Assembly: GCA_036012755.1 (NCBI GenBank)
Contig: DASCPX010000107.1
Coordinates: 1-64,000, forward strand
Source of the DNA: Myxococcota bacterium
GTDB lineage: Bacteria; Myxococcota_A; UBA796; CAJQPC01
Length of the DNA stretch: 64,000 bases
Reading direction: 5' to 3'
Made by a program: the position numbers and the translations under genes. The notes below the pieces were generated by a model. The model searched no databases. It was not told the DNA's origin and saw nothing but the letters and a program-made list of their open reading frames with translations. Shown one piece after another: positions 41,852-52,185 of this stretch. Numbering within the stretch: position 1 is the first letter of the stretch; each line of letters starts with the position of its first letter.

Positions 41852-43801
41852 TTGGACATCGCGCGGAAGACGGTCAACACGATCAAGGGTCTGTCGATCG
41901 ACGCGATCCAGCAGGCCAACAGCGGGCATCCGGGCATGCCGATGGGCATGGCGGACGCCGCATACGTGCTGTGGTCCCGCTTCCTGAAGCACGACCCCTC
42001 CAATCCCACCTGGGCCGACCGGGATCGCTTCGTGCTCTCCGGTGGCCACGGGAGCATGCTGCTCTACAGCCTGCTCCACCTCTTCGACTACCGCGGCCCA
42101 GCGGGCGGCGAGGCCGTCTCACTGAACGATATCAAGAACTTCCGCCAGTTCGGCTCGCGCACGCCCGGCCACCCGGAGCACGGTCACACGGCCGGGGTCG
42201 AGACGACCACCGGCCCCCTCGGGCAGGGCTTCGCGATGGGCGTCGGCATGGCGCTGGCGGAGCGCTACCTGCGCGAACGCTTCGGCAGCGAGCTCTGTGA
42301 CCACCACGTCTACGCCATCGCCGGGGACGGTGACCTGATGGAGGGCGTCGCCTCAGAGGCCGCGTCCCTGGCCGGCACGCTCCAGCTGGGTCGGCTCGTC
42401 TACCTCTACGACGACAACAGCATCACCATCGACGGCAGCACGGAGATCTCCTTCACAGAGGACTGCGGCGCGCGCTTCGAGGCATACGGCTGGCACGTCC
42501 AGGCCATCGATGGCCACGACCACGACGCGGTCGCGACCGCCATCGAGCTGGCGAGGGCCGATGGGCGTCCCTCCCTGATCTGCTGCAAGACCCACATCGG
42601 GCACGGCTCCCCGAACAAGCAGGACAGCGAGAAGTCGCACGGGGCCCCGCTCGGTGTCGGCGAGGTCGCCTTGACCAAGGAGAACATCGGCCTCGATCCG
42701 ACCGAGTTCTTCGCCGTGCCGGCAGAGGTCCTCCACCACTGCCGCGAGCATGCCGTCGAGCGGGCTGATCTCCGCCTCGCGTGGGGGCAGCGTCTCGAGG
42801 CTTCGGGCCGGCGAGCTCACTGGGAGGCCTGGCACGAGGCCCCGGACGTCGACGGGATTCGGTGGCCCAGCTTCACGGTCGGAGAGAAGCTGGCGACGCG
42901 AAAGGCCTCCCACGCGGCGCTCAACGCGGCGGCCCAGAGCGTGCCGCAGCTGTTGGGCGGCTCGGCGGATCTCGCCGGGTCGAACGGTTCGCTGATCAAG
43001 GGCGCTGTCGGTATCGCGGCCTCGGACTTCTCCGGACGCAACCTCTTCTTCGGCGTTCGCGAGCACGCCATGGCGGCGATCTGCAACGGCATGGCGCTGC
43101 ATGGCGGCGTGCGCCCCTACTGCGCGACCTTCCTCGTCTTCCACGACTACATGCGCCCGGCGGTGCGCATGTCGGCCTTGATGAAGCAGCCGGTGGTCTA
43201 CGTCTACACCCACGACAGCATCTACCTGGGCGAGGACGGCCCGACCCACCAGCCGGTGGAGCACCTCATGGCGATGCGGCTCATTCCGGGCCTCTGGACC
43301 ATCCGTCCGGCGGACGCCAAGGAGACCGCCGGGGCCTGGGCTGCGGCCCTCGGGCGCCACGACGGGCCGGTCGCCCTCTCCCTCACGAGGCAGGGCGTGC
43401 CGATCCTGGAGGGGAGCTCCGCGGACAAAGTCGCCTCTGGGGCCTATGTGCTCGCCGAGGCGGGAGCCGAGCACGCCGTGACGCTCCTGGCCACGGGCTC
43501 CGAGGTCGAGCTCGCGCTGCAAGCCAAGGCTGCGCTGGAGGCAATGGGCGTCGGGACACGCGTCGTCAGCTTTCCCTGCTGGGAGCTCTTCGAGCAGCAG
43601 GACCCGGACTACCGCGCCGCGGTCCTGGGCACCGCTCCGCGGGTCTCGATCGAGGCCGGACGCACCTTCGGGTGGTCACGGTACGCGCAGGCCCACGTCG
43701 GTCACGATGACTTTGGCGCCTCGGCGCCCGCCTCCGACCTGGCCAGGGTCTTTGGCTTCACGGTCGACAACGTCGTGAAGACAGCGCGTACCCTGCTGTA
43801 G
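41852..43801 (+). CDS. tkt: Transketolase
   Basis: [62 protein letters not shown]. Confidence 0.98.
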   Translation: MDIARKTVNTIKGLSIDAIQQANSGHPGMPMGMADAAYVLWSRFLKHDPSNPTWADRDRFVLSGGHGSMLLYSLLHLFDYRGPAGGEAVSLNDIKNFRQFGSRTPGHPEHGHTAGVETTTGPLGQGFAMGVGMALAERYLRERFGSELCDHHVYAIAGDGDLMEGVASEAASLAGTLQLGRLVYLYDDNSITIDGSTEISFTEDCGARFEAYGWHVQAIDGHDHDAVATAIELARADGRPSLICCKTHIGHGSPNKQDSEKSHGAPLGVGEVALTKENIGLDPTEFFAVPAEVLHHCREHAVERADLRLAWGQRLEASGRRAHWEAWHEAPDVDGIRWPSFTVGEKLATRKASHAALNAAAQSVPQLLGGSADLAGSNGSLIKGAVGIAASDFSGRNLFFGVREHAMAAICNGMALHGGVRPYCATFLVFHDYMRPAVRMSALMKQPVVYVYTHDSIYLGEDGPTHQPVEHLMAMRLIPGLWTIRPADAKETAGAWAAALGRHDGPVALSLTRQGVPILEGSSADKVASGAYVLAEAGAEHAVTLLATGSEVELALQAKAALEAMGVGTRVVSFPCWELFEQQDPDYRAAVLGTAPRVSIEAGRTFGWSRYAQAHVGHDDFGASAPASDLARVFGFTVDNVVKTARTLL

Positions 43802-43819
43802 GTCGTCGTAGAAGGGTCC

Positions 43820-44401
43820 ATGCCCAAACAGCGCGAGATCGACATAGAGCTCGCGGGGGTCTCACCAACCGAGGCCGCCACCCGGATGAAGGCGGAGACG
43901 AAGGCGGCGCTCATGCCCTCCTTTTCCAGCCCGCTGCGCGGCCGTGGGGAGGAGTCCCTCGCCGGTCGGGTCGACGAGGAGGGCTTCGTCGTCTCTCCAA
44001 ACGAGTTCGCCACCAAGAAGATCGTGGTCACCGCGCGGGGGAGCTTCGAGGCGACGGAGACCGGGACGCGGGTGACGGGCGTGGTCGGCATCCCCCCGGC
44101 CATCGTCTGGCTGCTGCGGTTGTCCTGGATCGCAAGCCTCGGGGCCGTCGGCGTCGCGGGCTACGAGCTGCTCACCGCCGGCGAGAGCGCGATCTTCGCC
44201 GCCTTCCTCGCCGGCTTCGTCGTGCTCGCGACCATGGCGACGGGCTGGAACGTGCACACGGCGGAGGCGGGCATCCCCAAGTTGGCCGCGGACGTCGACA
44301 ACGCCCTCCTCGGGCGGGGGCGCGAGCCGACGGAGACGATGGAGGTCGACGTCGGCCTCGACGAGCGCAAGCGAAGGCAGGCCCGGAGACAGCGGGACTG
44401 A
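43820..44401 (+). CDS. Hypothetical protein with two TM helices
   Basis: Typical codon usage; two hydrophobic segments. Confidence 0.6.
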   Translation: MPKQREIDIELAGVSPTEAATRMKAETKAALMPSFSSPLRGRGEESLAGRVDEEGFVVSPNEFATKKIVVTARGSFEATETGTRVTGVVGIPPAIVWLLRLSWIASLGAVGVAGYELLTAGESAIFAAFLAGFVVLATMATGWNVHTAEAGIPKLAADVDNALLGRGREPTETMEVDVGLDERKRRQARRQRD

Positions 44402-44424
44402 GAGCTCCGCTGACTCGCTTGTCC

Positions 44425-45039
44425 TCAGTCGGTCATCAGCACCGCGCGCACCGGAGAGGCGTCCGCGCCGACGACCTTCAGCGGGAGGGCGATCAGCGTG
44501 TAGAGGCCAGGCTGGACTTCATCCAGCACCAGCCCCTCCAAGATGGCCAGATCGTTCGCGAAGGCAGCCTTGTGGCTTTCAAGTCCGACCGAGCGGAAGG
44601 GGTCGACCGAGGGGGTGTCGATGCCGACGAGCACGACCCCCTGGAGGGCGAGGTCGTCGATGAGCTCTGGGGACAAGGCGGCGAAGTCCTCGTCGAAGGC
44701 GTCGGGGTCCGGGGAGCTCCCGGTCTTGAAGAGCACCCGAGGTGCGCGAACGGCTCCGACGGGAGGGACACGACCACCGGCGGCGACCATCACCTCCACG
44801 ACCTCGCAGGGGCCGTAGTACAGCGCGAGGTCCCGCTGGTCGATGCTGGCACCGTCCCGATGGAGGTGGCTGGGGGCGTCCGCGTGTGCGCCCGCGTGAA
44901 GGGTCGTCCGCACGCTGGAGGCCTCGACGCCGGCGTCGTCGAACGAGCAGGTGAGCTCGCGAGAGAAGGCGACGTCGCCGGGCCACACGGCGATGCCGGC
45001 GTGCAGGGGGGGGGAGATGTCGATGAACGATGCGCCCAT
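44425..45039 (-). CDS. kynB: Cyclase family protein / kynurenine formamidase
   Basis: DIS, WPGD, HAGAHADAPSH metal motif, GIDTPSVD, ILEGL, DASPVRAVL. Confidence 0.85.
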   Translation of the reverse strand: MGASFIDISPPLHAGIAVWPGDVAFSRELTCSFDDAGVEASSVRTTLHAGAHADAPSHLHRDGASIDQRDLALYYGPCEVVEVMVAAGGRVPPVGAVRAPRVLFKTGSSPDPDAFDEDFAALSPELIDDLALQGVVLVGIDTPSVDPFRSVGLESHKAAFANDLAILEGLVLDEVQPGLYTLIALPLKVVGADASPVRAVLMTD

Positions 45040-45131
45040 GAGCGCCTCTAACTGGCAGTCGCTACGACCGAAGAGTCCTGGTGGGACCTCGCTCGTCGCT
45101 CCGGTTATGGGTGCCGCTTCAGAGGTCGCCT

Positions 45132-47006
45132 GTGCGTGAGCCGCTCGACATCCTCGCCCGCTATGGAGCAGCTCGGAGCGCCGTCATGGTGTCCGGAACC
45201 GAACAGGTGCGCGAAGGGGAGGGTGGACGCCTGGGCGCCTCGGTCGAGGCCCACGGCATCGAGCCCCTCGCCGGCCTGCTCTGGTCGATGGCCGAGCTCG
45301 AGGCGCTGGAGCTCGTCGACGCCGACGTGACGCTGCGGCTGGTGCGCAACGGCGTGGGCGCCGCGCTGTCGGTGGCCTGGGCCTCCGGCGAGGTCTTCGA
45401 GGAGACCGTCGACCTCGCGCCGCATCCAGGCCTGGACGAGGGCCGGCCGAGCTTCCTCCCGGACTCCGGGAGCCGCATCCACGACGTCGCCGCGGCGCTG
45501 TCGGACCCGAGTCGGTCGCTGTTCGTGGTCGAGGGGGGCGAGGGCCTTCGCTGGTACGGCGCCGGCCACTTTGGCAGCGGCGGCGGCGCCCTGCCGCTGG
45601 TGGCCCAGGCCGGGCCCTGTCAGCCCCTGGGTCCGGCGAGCTTCCGGCGGCGCCACGGCCTGCGCGCCAACTACCTCGGGGGCGCGATGGCGGGAGCCAT
45701 CAGCTCGGCCGCGATGGTCCAGGCCATGGGCGAGAGCGGGATGCTCTGCTTCTTCGGCGCCGGCGGCCTGCCGCTGCCAGAGGTCGAGAAGAACCTCATC
45801 GACATCAAGGCAGTGCTCGGGGACAGGCCAGCTGGCTTCAACCTCCTCCACAACCCCGTGGAGCCGGCGATCGAGGACAGGACGGTCGAGCTCTTCCTGG
45901 AGCACGGCTGCACCTACGTGAGCGCCAGCGCCTTCATGGGGCTGACGCCGGCGATCACGCGCTACCGCTACACGGGCATCCACCTCGACGACAGCGGCGC
46001 CATCGTGTGTCCGAACCGCGTCTTCGCCAAGGTCTCCCGGACAGAGGTCGCCGAGCACTTCCTGCGCCCTGCCCCTACCACTCTCCTGGCGGAGATCGTG
46101 GCCGCCGGCGGACTCACGGAGAGCGAGGCGGAGCTGGCCTCGCACCATCCGATGGCGGACGCCATCACGGCAGAGGCGGACAGCGGGGGGCACACCGATC
46201 GACGTCCTCTGCCGGTGCTGTTGCCGCTGATCCTGCGCCAGCGGGACCGGGTCTCCAGGGAGCTCGCCTACGCGGAGCGGGGGATCGAGGTCTTCGTCGG
46301 GGCGGCGGGCGGCCTCGGCTCGCCGGAGTCGATCGTGGCGGCCTTCGCCATGGGCGCCGACTTCGTGCTCACGGGCTCGGTGAACCAGGCAACGACCGAG
46401 GCGGGCACCTCGGCCAGCGCCAAGGCGATGCTCCTCGAGGCGGGCATGGCGGACGTGGGCCTCGGCCCGGCGCCGGACATGTTCGAGCTCGGGGCGCACG
46501 TCCAGGTGCTGTCCAGAGGCACGATGTTCGCCAACCGCGGGACGCAGCTCTACGCGGTCTACAAGGAGCACGCGGACTGGGACCTCGTCCCGGAGAAGAC
46601 GCGGAAGAAGATCGAGAAGCAGATCCTCGGTCGCCCCTTCGCCGATGTCTGGTCGGACTGCGTCGACTACTGGTCCGAGCGGGACATCGGCCAGATCGAG
46701 CGCGCCGAGGCGGTGGGCCGGCACAAGATGGCGCTCGTCTTCCGCTGGTACCTGGGAATGTCGAGCCGCTGGGCTCGCATCGGAGACACCAAGCGCAAGC
46801 GGGACTACCAGATCTGGTGTGGCCCGGCGATGGGTGCTTTCAACGACTGGGTCGCGGGGACGACCCTGGAGCCGCTCGAGGCCCGCGGCGTCGTGCGGGT
46901 CGCCGACGCCCTGCTCGAGGCCGCGGCGGTCCTCGCCCGGGCCCGACGGCTGGAGGCTCGTGGCGTCCCGATTCCGGCCGAGGCGTGGCAGGTCTCGCCC
47001 TCCTAG
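45132..47006 (+). CDS. pfaD: PfaD-family (FabK-like) trans-acting enoyl reductase with N-terminal extension (start uncertain)
   Basis: GAMAGAISS, FGAGGL, NLLH, SASAFM, AKVSR.EVA, EADSGGHTD, GAAGGLG, DMFELG, FRWY, DYQIWCGPAMGAFN. Confidence 0.9.
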   Translation: MREPLDILARYGAARSAVMVSGTEQVREGEGGRLGASVEAHGIEPLAGLLWSMAELEALELVDADVTLRLVRNGVGAALSVAWASGEVFEETVDLAPHPGLDEGRPSFLPDSGSRIHDVAAALSDPSRSLFVVEGGEGLRWYGAGHFGSGGGALPLVAQAGPCQPLGPASFRRRHGLRANYLGGAMAGAISSAAMVQAMGESGMLCFFGAGGLPLPEVEKNLIDIKAVLGDRPAGFNLLHNPVEPAIEDRTVELFLEHGCTYVSASAFMGLTPAITRYRYTGIHLDDSGAIVCPNRVFAKVSRTEVAEHFLRPAPTTLLAEIVAAGGLTESEAELASHHPMADAITAEADSGGHTDRRPLPVLLPLILRQRDRVSRELAYAERGIEVFVGAAGGLGSPESIVAAFAMGADFVLTGSVNQATTEAGTSASAKAMLLEAGMADVGLGPAPDMFELGAHVQVLSRGTMFANRGTQLYAVYKEHADWDLVPEKTRKKIEKQILGRPFADVWSDCVDYWSERDIGQIERAEAVGRHKMALVFRWYLGMSSRWARIGDTKRKRDYQIWCGPAMGAFNDWVAGTTLEPLEARGVVRVADALLEAAAVLARARRLEARGVPIPAEAWQVSPS

Positions 47007-47830
47007 TCGCCTGCGGCGGGCCCTCCGACACCAGCTTGCACGCCGCGGTGCTCGCCGCGGACCTGGAGTCGGTCGAGGTCGCCGACTGCGGCACCATCCG
47101 TCACGAGGAGCTCCGTGGGGAGTGCCAGCTCTATGCTGCCTTCACGGTGGGCTCCCGGCGGGGCGAGGAGCTGGGACCCCGCTGCGACGCGGTCGACGAG
47201 GGGGTCTGGCGCGACGAGTGCTACTTCCTCGCTGCAGAGGACCTTCGGCGGCGCCAGCGGGACTTCGCGGCCGCCGGAGCCCTGTGCGCCAGGTCGAGTC
47301 GTTTCGTCGACGACTGCGGCCAGCACCTCTGGCAGTCCCCGGTCAAGGTCATCGTCGACCGGCACCTCGCCACGGGCGACCTCGAGTCCGCGCTGGCGGA
47401 GGCCACGCCGGTCTACTGCGAATGGGAGACCATCCTGGGCGAGGACAGCGACATCGCCAGCCGCTTCTGGCGCAAGCTCTTCGGGGGCTTCTTCGAGCAC
47501 ACGCGGGTCCTCGATACGGAGCGCTGTGCCCCCCTCGACGACGTGGCGGAGGCCCACTGCCGCGCTGCGGTCGCGCAGGTCTACCTGCGGCGTCTCCACA
47601 TGCTGAGCGTCGCGGAGCCGGACCTGCTCTGCAAGAGCACGGCTTCGAACAAGCCCTCCGTCGAGGCGCTCCGGCGGCTGCCCAACCTCCAGGCCGAGCC
47701 CGACCCCCTGTTGCAGTCGCTGCTGGAGGAGCAACACCGCTGGGCCTGCGAGCTCGGCGAGGGCGGCCTGCCCCCGATGGGCGCCGAGCTGTTGGAGGTA
47801 GAGGGCACACCCGTGGACTGCTCGGGCTAG
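46985..47830 (+). CDS. Cys-rich helical lipoprotein, hypothetical
   Basis: GTG start, AGLALLVAC; repeated C-x8/9-[ED]C units. Confidence 0.6.
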   Translation: MAGLALLVACGGPSDTSLHAAVLAADLESVEVADCGTIRHEELRGECQLYAAFTVGSRRGEELGPRCDAVDEGVWRDECYFLAAEDLRRRQRDFAAAGALCARSSRFVDDCGQHLWQSPVKVIVDRHLATGDLESALAEATPVYCEWETILGEDSDIASRFWRKLFGGFFEHTRVLDTERCAPLDDVAEAHCRAAVAQVYLRRLHMLSVAEPDLLCKSTASNKPSVEALRRLPNLQAEPDPLLQSLLEEQHRWACELGEGGLPPMGAELLEVEGTPVDCSG

Positions 47831-47839
47831 GATCGTGGC

Positions 47840-48064
47840 GTGCTCGCCCTCCTCCTGACCGCCTGCGGCAACCCATGCATGGACCTCTGCCAGCGGCACG
47901 AGGTCTACCTGGACGAGTGCGGCTATGGCTGGTCGACGGTCTTCGCCGAGGAGGGCTGGGCTTCGATCGAGGACTGCTACGAGGACCAGGCCGAGGCCTC
48001 TGACGAGGAGCGGGACGCCTGCGCCGAGGAGCTCTCCGAGCCAGAGCAGCGGAGCTGCTATTGA
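47840..48064 (+). CDS. Small Cys-rich lipoprotein, hypothetical
   Basis: MLALLLTAC plus six further Cys in 74 aa; acidic. Confidence 0.65.
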   Translation: MLALLLTACGNPCMDLCQRHEVYLDECGYGWSTVFAEEGWASIEDCYEDQAEASDEERDACAEELSEPEQRSCY

Positions 48065-49014
48065 TCCACTTCGCCCCAGGCCGCGCCTGCCTCCTCGGCG
48101 AGCACTGCGACTGGGCCGGGGGCGTCGACGCCGCCTGCCTCGTCGTGCCCCTGAAGGTCGGCATAGAGGTCACGGTGCGTCGCGCCGATTGGGGGCTCGT
48201 GGTCCACAGCGCCTACGGGGTGACGCGCATGGGGGCGGACATGCGCTGCGTCGCAGAGGACCCGAACCGCTACGTCGCCGCGGTGGCGAGGGAGCTGCTC
48301 CGCCAGGGGTTGTCCCTCCCTCCAGCCCGTGTCGTCGTGCGCTCCACGCTGCTTGCGGGGCGCGGGTTCTCGTCCTCGGCCGCCGTCTGTGTCGCCGCCG
48401 CCCGCGCCCTGGCGGCTCACGCCGGGGTCGAGGTGGACGCCGCGGGCGTCGCCTACCGCGCCGAGCGCAGGGATCTCGGCGTCAACTGCGGCGAGATGGA
48501 CCAGCTGGCCAGCGCAGCCGGGGCGCCACTGTTCATCGACTGGGGGCCGCCCCGCGCCGAGCGCCGCCTGAGACCGGGCCTCTCGATCCCGCTGTTGGTC
48601 GCCGCCTTCCCCGACGAGATCTCCGCGGCACCGATCCTGGCGGCCCTGGCCGAGGCTCGCCCCAGCGCGGCCTTCGCAGCCTGGGGCGCCGGGGCTCGAC
48701 GCGCCGCCGTGGCGCTGGAGGCTGGGGACCTCGTCGCCCTCGGGGCCGAGCTCGACGCGGCCCAGGCGGTCTACGAGTCACTGGAGCTGCCGGCGCTCCA
48801 AGCTCCGAAGCTCGGTGAGACCTGCGATGCGCTCAGAGCGCTGGGCGCCCTCGGCGCCAAGTTCTCCGGTGCAGGTGGGGACCGCAGCCTGGTCGCCGTG
48901 TTCGAGGACGATGGGGGCCTGGCTCGTGGGCGCGTCCTGCTGGAGGAGCGGGGGCTGATCGTGCTCGACGCGTCGCTCGCTCAGAGCTCGTCGACCACGC
49001 CCACGTCCATGTAG
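48061..49014 (+). CDS. GHMP-family kinase (galactokinase/mevalonate kinase-like)
   Basis: APGRACLLGEHCDW, GRGFSSSAA, CGEMDQ, GAKFSGAGG. Confidence 0.85.
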   Translation: MIHFAPGRACLLGEHCDWAGGVDAACLVVPLKVGIEVTVRRADWGLVVHSAYGVTRMGADMRCVAEDPNRYVAAVARELLRQGLSLPPARVVVRSTLLAGRGFSSSAAVCVAAARALAAHAGVEVDAAGVAYRAERRDLGVNCGEMDQLASAAGAPLFIDWGPPRAERRLRPGLSIPLLVAAFPDEISAAPILAALAEARPSAAFAAWGAGARRAAVALEAGDLVALGAELDAAQAVYESLELPALQAPKLGETCDALRALGALGAKFSGAGGDRSLVAVFEDDGGLARGRVLLEERGLIVLDASLAQSSSTTPTSM

Positions 49015-49889
49015 GGACAGTCCGTCTCGGAGCCCTCCGCGGGGTTCACGCCCTCTGAGTCCGCCTTGAAGGTGAGGACGCCGTCCTCGCTCCAGCACTG
49101 GGTCAACACCAGCCCGGGGTAGGGGTAGTCGCCGCCCTCGATGGTGCCGTCGGCGCGGCCGGTGCCCGAGCTGTCCCAGCGCGTGATGAGCTCGATGTCC
49201 TCGTCCCGCGGGAGCAGCTCGCCAGGGTTGGCGTCCATGCGCATTGCGAACTGGAGCTCTCCGGAGCCGTCTGCTGGGGCATCGAGCCACATGCGCGTGG
49301 ACTGGGCCTGCTCGAAGGCCGTCGCGTAGCCCTGCGAGTCGATCTGGACGATGACACCGCCCTCTTCCATTGCGGCGTAGGCCAGCTCGAGGCTCCCCTC
49401 TCCGCCGGCATCGATGGCCTCTGCGAGGGCGGCCTGGTCCCACTCGAGCTCGACGTCCCAGTCGCCCTCTGCCCAGGTCTCGCCTGTCATGAACTCGGTC
49501 CAGGGACCGTCGGACATCTCAGAGGCCTGGAAGGTCCAGTGATACAGCCCGTGATCGGAGGTGCGGCTCATCTCCAGGCGCAGGAAGCTGCCCGGGTAGA
49601 CGTCCCAGGCCCCGGGGCCCCAGATGCGGTAGTCCTCTCCGCGGGTCGATGGCGGCACGGCGCGCACCGTGGCGGTCACGGTGGTGATGAGTCGAGACCA
49701 GTCCTGGAGCCCGTCGAGGGTCTGGACCGTCGTCTGGAAGTAGCTCGCGTCGTCGGCATCGGGCGTGGGGGATCCCGGGTACTCCACGCCAAGGCCCTCG
49801 CCGCCGGGCAGCGCGTCGAGGAAGTCGGCGTCTTCGAGGAAGATCGCGTTCGACAGCGAGCCCGAGCAGGCCGACAGGAGGAGGATCAC
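48981..49889 (-). CDS. Acidic beta-rich lipoprotein, hypothetical (last gene of ECF/caspase module)
   Basis: GTGA overlap with caspase stop; ILLLSAC; WGP, RW..SG.GRAD, terminal CW...C. Confidence 0.7.
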   Translation of the reverse strand: MILLLSACSGSLSNAIFLEDADFLDALPGGEGLGVEYPGSPTPDADDASYFQTTVQTLDGLQDWSRLITTVTATVRAVPPSTRGEDYRIWGPGAWDVYPGSFLRLEMSRTSDHGLYHWTFQASEMSDGPWTEFMTGETWAEGDWDVELEWDQAALAEAIDAGGEGSLELAYAAMEEGGVIVQIDSQGYATAFEQAQSTRMWLDAPADGSGELQFAMRMDANPGELLPRDEDIELITRWDSSGTGRADGTIEGGDYPYPGLVLTQCWSEDGVLTFKADSEGVNPAEGSETDCPYMDVGVVDEL

Positions 49890-51457
49890 CAACGCATTCC
49901 GACGCTGAGCAGGACGTGGCGTGTGAAGAACGCGGCCTGCTCGTCGCTCAGCTTGTAGGGCACGAGCGAGCTGTGCCACTCGAGCTCGAGCATGAAGCGA
50001 CCGGGGTGCCAGCCGGCGAACCAGACTCCGCCCGGAGCGAAAGTGACCAGCGACTGGTCCGGGGTGTCGTCGAAGGGGAAGGAGCGGTTGATGTAGAGCA
50101 CCTCGCCCCGCACGCCGCCGCCCCACTGCAGCCCGTACCACTCAGGGCTCTGGTAGCCGGCGGAGACCCCGATCGTGGTCCAGAAGGTGCTGACGTCGAT
50201 GGCCGTCACCAGCTCTGGCACGGTGATCTGGCCCGGTCCCCCTCCCGCGAGCATGTCGAGGCCCCAGAAGCCGCGCTTGCCGCTCCCCCGGTAGCCGAGC
50301 CCCGCCATTGGGGCGGGCGGAAGGTACTGGGCCGAGATCTTGGGGGCGGTGGGTCCGCCTACACCCGCGAGGACCTTGATGCTGGTGTCGGGCCGCCGCG
50401 CCTGGCGGACACGCTTCTCGACCTCGCCCTTGGCAGTGTCGTTCTCGTACTCGACCGCCTCGAAGGTCGCGGTGGAGAGGTCGACGACGCCATCCCTGGG
50501 CACCTTGACCTCGGCCACGTAGAGGTGCGTCGGCCGCCTGACCTGGACGAGGTAGCGCCCGGGTCGCACGGCCAGCTTGCGGTCGCCGTCGCCCGCGGTG
50601 ACCTCGCCGACGAAGGTGCTGCGTCCGAGGTCGAAGACGGCGAAGGTGCCGATGAGGTGGGACGGGAAGAGCAGCCCGGAGGCGGCTGGCTCGAGATCGG
50701 CGAGGATCACGTCGCCCTCGCCGGAGAGGTCCCACTCGAAGGTCGGGTGCTGAGTGCCCAGGGCCGACTGCGCCGTCCCGATGATGGTCTGGATGTAGAC
50801 GTAGTCGTAGACCTCGGACAGCGTCACGCGCTGGTCGTAGTCCTCGTCCGCGGCGCCCGCGAGCCCGCTGACGAGGTAGTGCGTGAAGTAGGACCCGCCG
50901 ATCTCGTCGGACTCTTGCGAGGCCTCGTCGGAGGAGGACGAGGTGACGATGACCGTGCCCTCTGCGGCGAGGCGTTCCGTCACGTCGAAGACGAAGCTCG
51001 GCGCCATCGTGCCCCCCTTGCGACGGGTCGCGGTGCCGCTCTGGCAGGCGTCGAGGAAGGCCATGCGGACGTCGGCGCCGCTGCGCTCCAGCAGCGTGTC
51101 GAGCTCGTCGTAGCCGAGCACCGTCGGTCCCAGCTGCAGGCCGTCGTCGGTGGCGTGGCCCGAGTAGTAGAAGAAGAGCACGACGTCGTCGCCGCTTGCC
51201 TTTGCGTCCGCGATGTCCCGCTTGATCGCGCCGAAGTCGGTGAGCATCTGGCTCTTGCGGAGACCCAGCGCCAGCTTGACGTCGTCTTCGGCGTAGCCCC
51301 CGACGTCGATGAGCACGTCGGCGACCTTCTCCGCGTCGTTCTCGGCGAAGTACAGCGGCGACGAGGTCGTGGCGCCCTCGTTGTTGCCGACGAGGAAGGC
51401 CATTCGGACGACGGCCGCCTCGGCGCTCCCGGACAGCGCTAGCAACAAGGCGATCAT
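49886..51457 (-). CDS. Exported caspase-like (peptidase C14) protein with C-terminal beta-barrel-like domain
   Basis: Signal peptide; VGNN, L.FAENDA, FYYSGH and LDACQSG dyad, SQES, FTHYLVSGL.G.AD, QHP; amphipathic strands ending in Trp. Confidence 0.88.
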   Translation of the reverse strand: MIALLLALSGSAEAAVVRMAFLVGNNEGATTSSPLYFAENDAEKVADVLIDVGGYAEDDVKLALGLRKSQMLTDFGAIKRDIADAKASGDDVVLFFYYSGHATDDGLQLGPTVLGYDELDTLLERSGADVRMAFLDACQSGTATRRKGGTMAPSFVFDVTERLAAEGTVIVTSSSSDEASQESDEIGGSYFTHYLVSGLAGAADEDYDQRVTLSEVYDYVYIQTIIGTAQSALGTQHPTFEWDLSGEGDVILADLEPAASGLLFPSHLIGTFAVFDLGRSTFVGEVTAGDGDRKLAVRPGRYLVQVRRPTHLYVAEVKVPRDGVVDLSTATFEAVEYENDTAKGEVEKRVRQARRPDTSIKVLAGVGGPTAPKISAQYLPPAPMAGLGYRGSGKRGFWGLDMLAGGGPGQITVPELVTAIDVSTFWTTIGVSAGYQSPEWYGLQWGGGVRGEVLYINRSFPFDDTPDQSLVTFAPGGVWFAGWHPGRFMLELEWHSSLVPYKLSDEQAAFFTRHVLLSVGMRW

Positions 51458-52185
51458 GGGGCCTTCTCGACGCGGATGGTGTCGACGCCCGGCAGGTCCT
51501 TGAGGTCTCCGACGGCGTCGTGGCTGCCGGTGGCGTAGGCCTCTTCGACAAGCTCGGCGGCCTCTTCGACGCTGCCGGAGCCGAAGACGGCCACGAAGAC
51601 CTCTGGTCCGCTGGCTCCGTCGAGCTGGATCGAGCGCTCCAGGAAGTGCCGCTCGCCCGGGATGATGGGGTGGGGGACGTCGCCCTCGCCGGGGTAGTAG
51701 ACCGACAGCACGCCGTCACCGTCGATGCTGAGCAGCACGAGGTCGGACAGTCCCGGGGCGTAGTAGCTGAACTGGAGTCGGTCTCCCTCGGACAGCAGGG
51801 CGCCCTCGGTGCCCGGCCGCAGCTCGCCGTCGACGAGGACCACGAAGTCGAGGTCCGGATCTCCCTTCACGCCGGCGTAGTCCCGCGGGATGACGAAGAT
51901 GAGGACCGCCAGCGCAGCCGCCAGGGTCGGCACCAGCCACCAGGCCCTCCACCAGGGGCGGCGGGCCTCTTCCCGAGGGCTCTCCATGCGCGGCTCTTCG
52001 GCCATGCGCGCGGCGGCCTTCGAGAGGATCTCGAAGTCGAATGGCTCCAGCGCGACAGCGGAGAGGGCGACCGCCTCGGCGAAAGCCCGCTCGGCCTCGA
52101 TGCCCTGGGCGGGGAGCTCCCCCACCATCCGGCGCGCCAGCTCCAGCTGCGAGGGGCGGCTGCCGTCGTTGACGTCGAAGATCAC
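51454..52185 (-). CDS. Putative anti-sigma factor, single TM, DUF4384-like extracytoplasmic domain
   Basis: N-terminal PS.LEL.R..GEL, TM, KG, L..GDRLQF, LSIDGDG..SVYYP, SIQLD...GPE; directly after ECF sigma. Confidence 0.7.
   Translation of the reverse strand: MIFDVNDGSRPSQLELARRMVGELPAQGIEAERAFAEAVALSAVALEPFDFEILSKAAARMAEEPRMESPREEARRPWWRAWWLVPTLAAALAVLIFVIPRDYAGVKGDPDLDFVVLVDGELRPGTEGALLSEGDRLQFSYYAPGLSDLVLLSIDGDGVLSVYYPGEGDVPHPIIPGERHFLERSIQLDGASGPEVFVAVFGSGSVEEAAELVEEAYATGSHDAVGDLKDLPGVDTIRVEKAP

Noticed and set aside
45006..45014. G9 tract near the 5' end of kynB (and G8 at 22602-22609) as phase-variation sites
   Set aside because: Short, both frames are intact, and such runs are plausible by chance at this GC content; read-level data would be needed.
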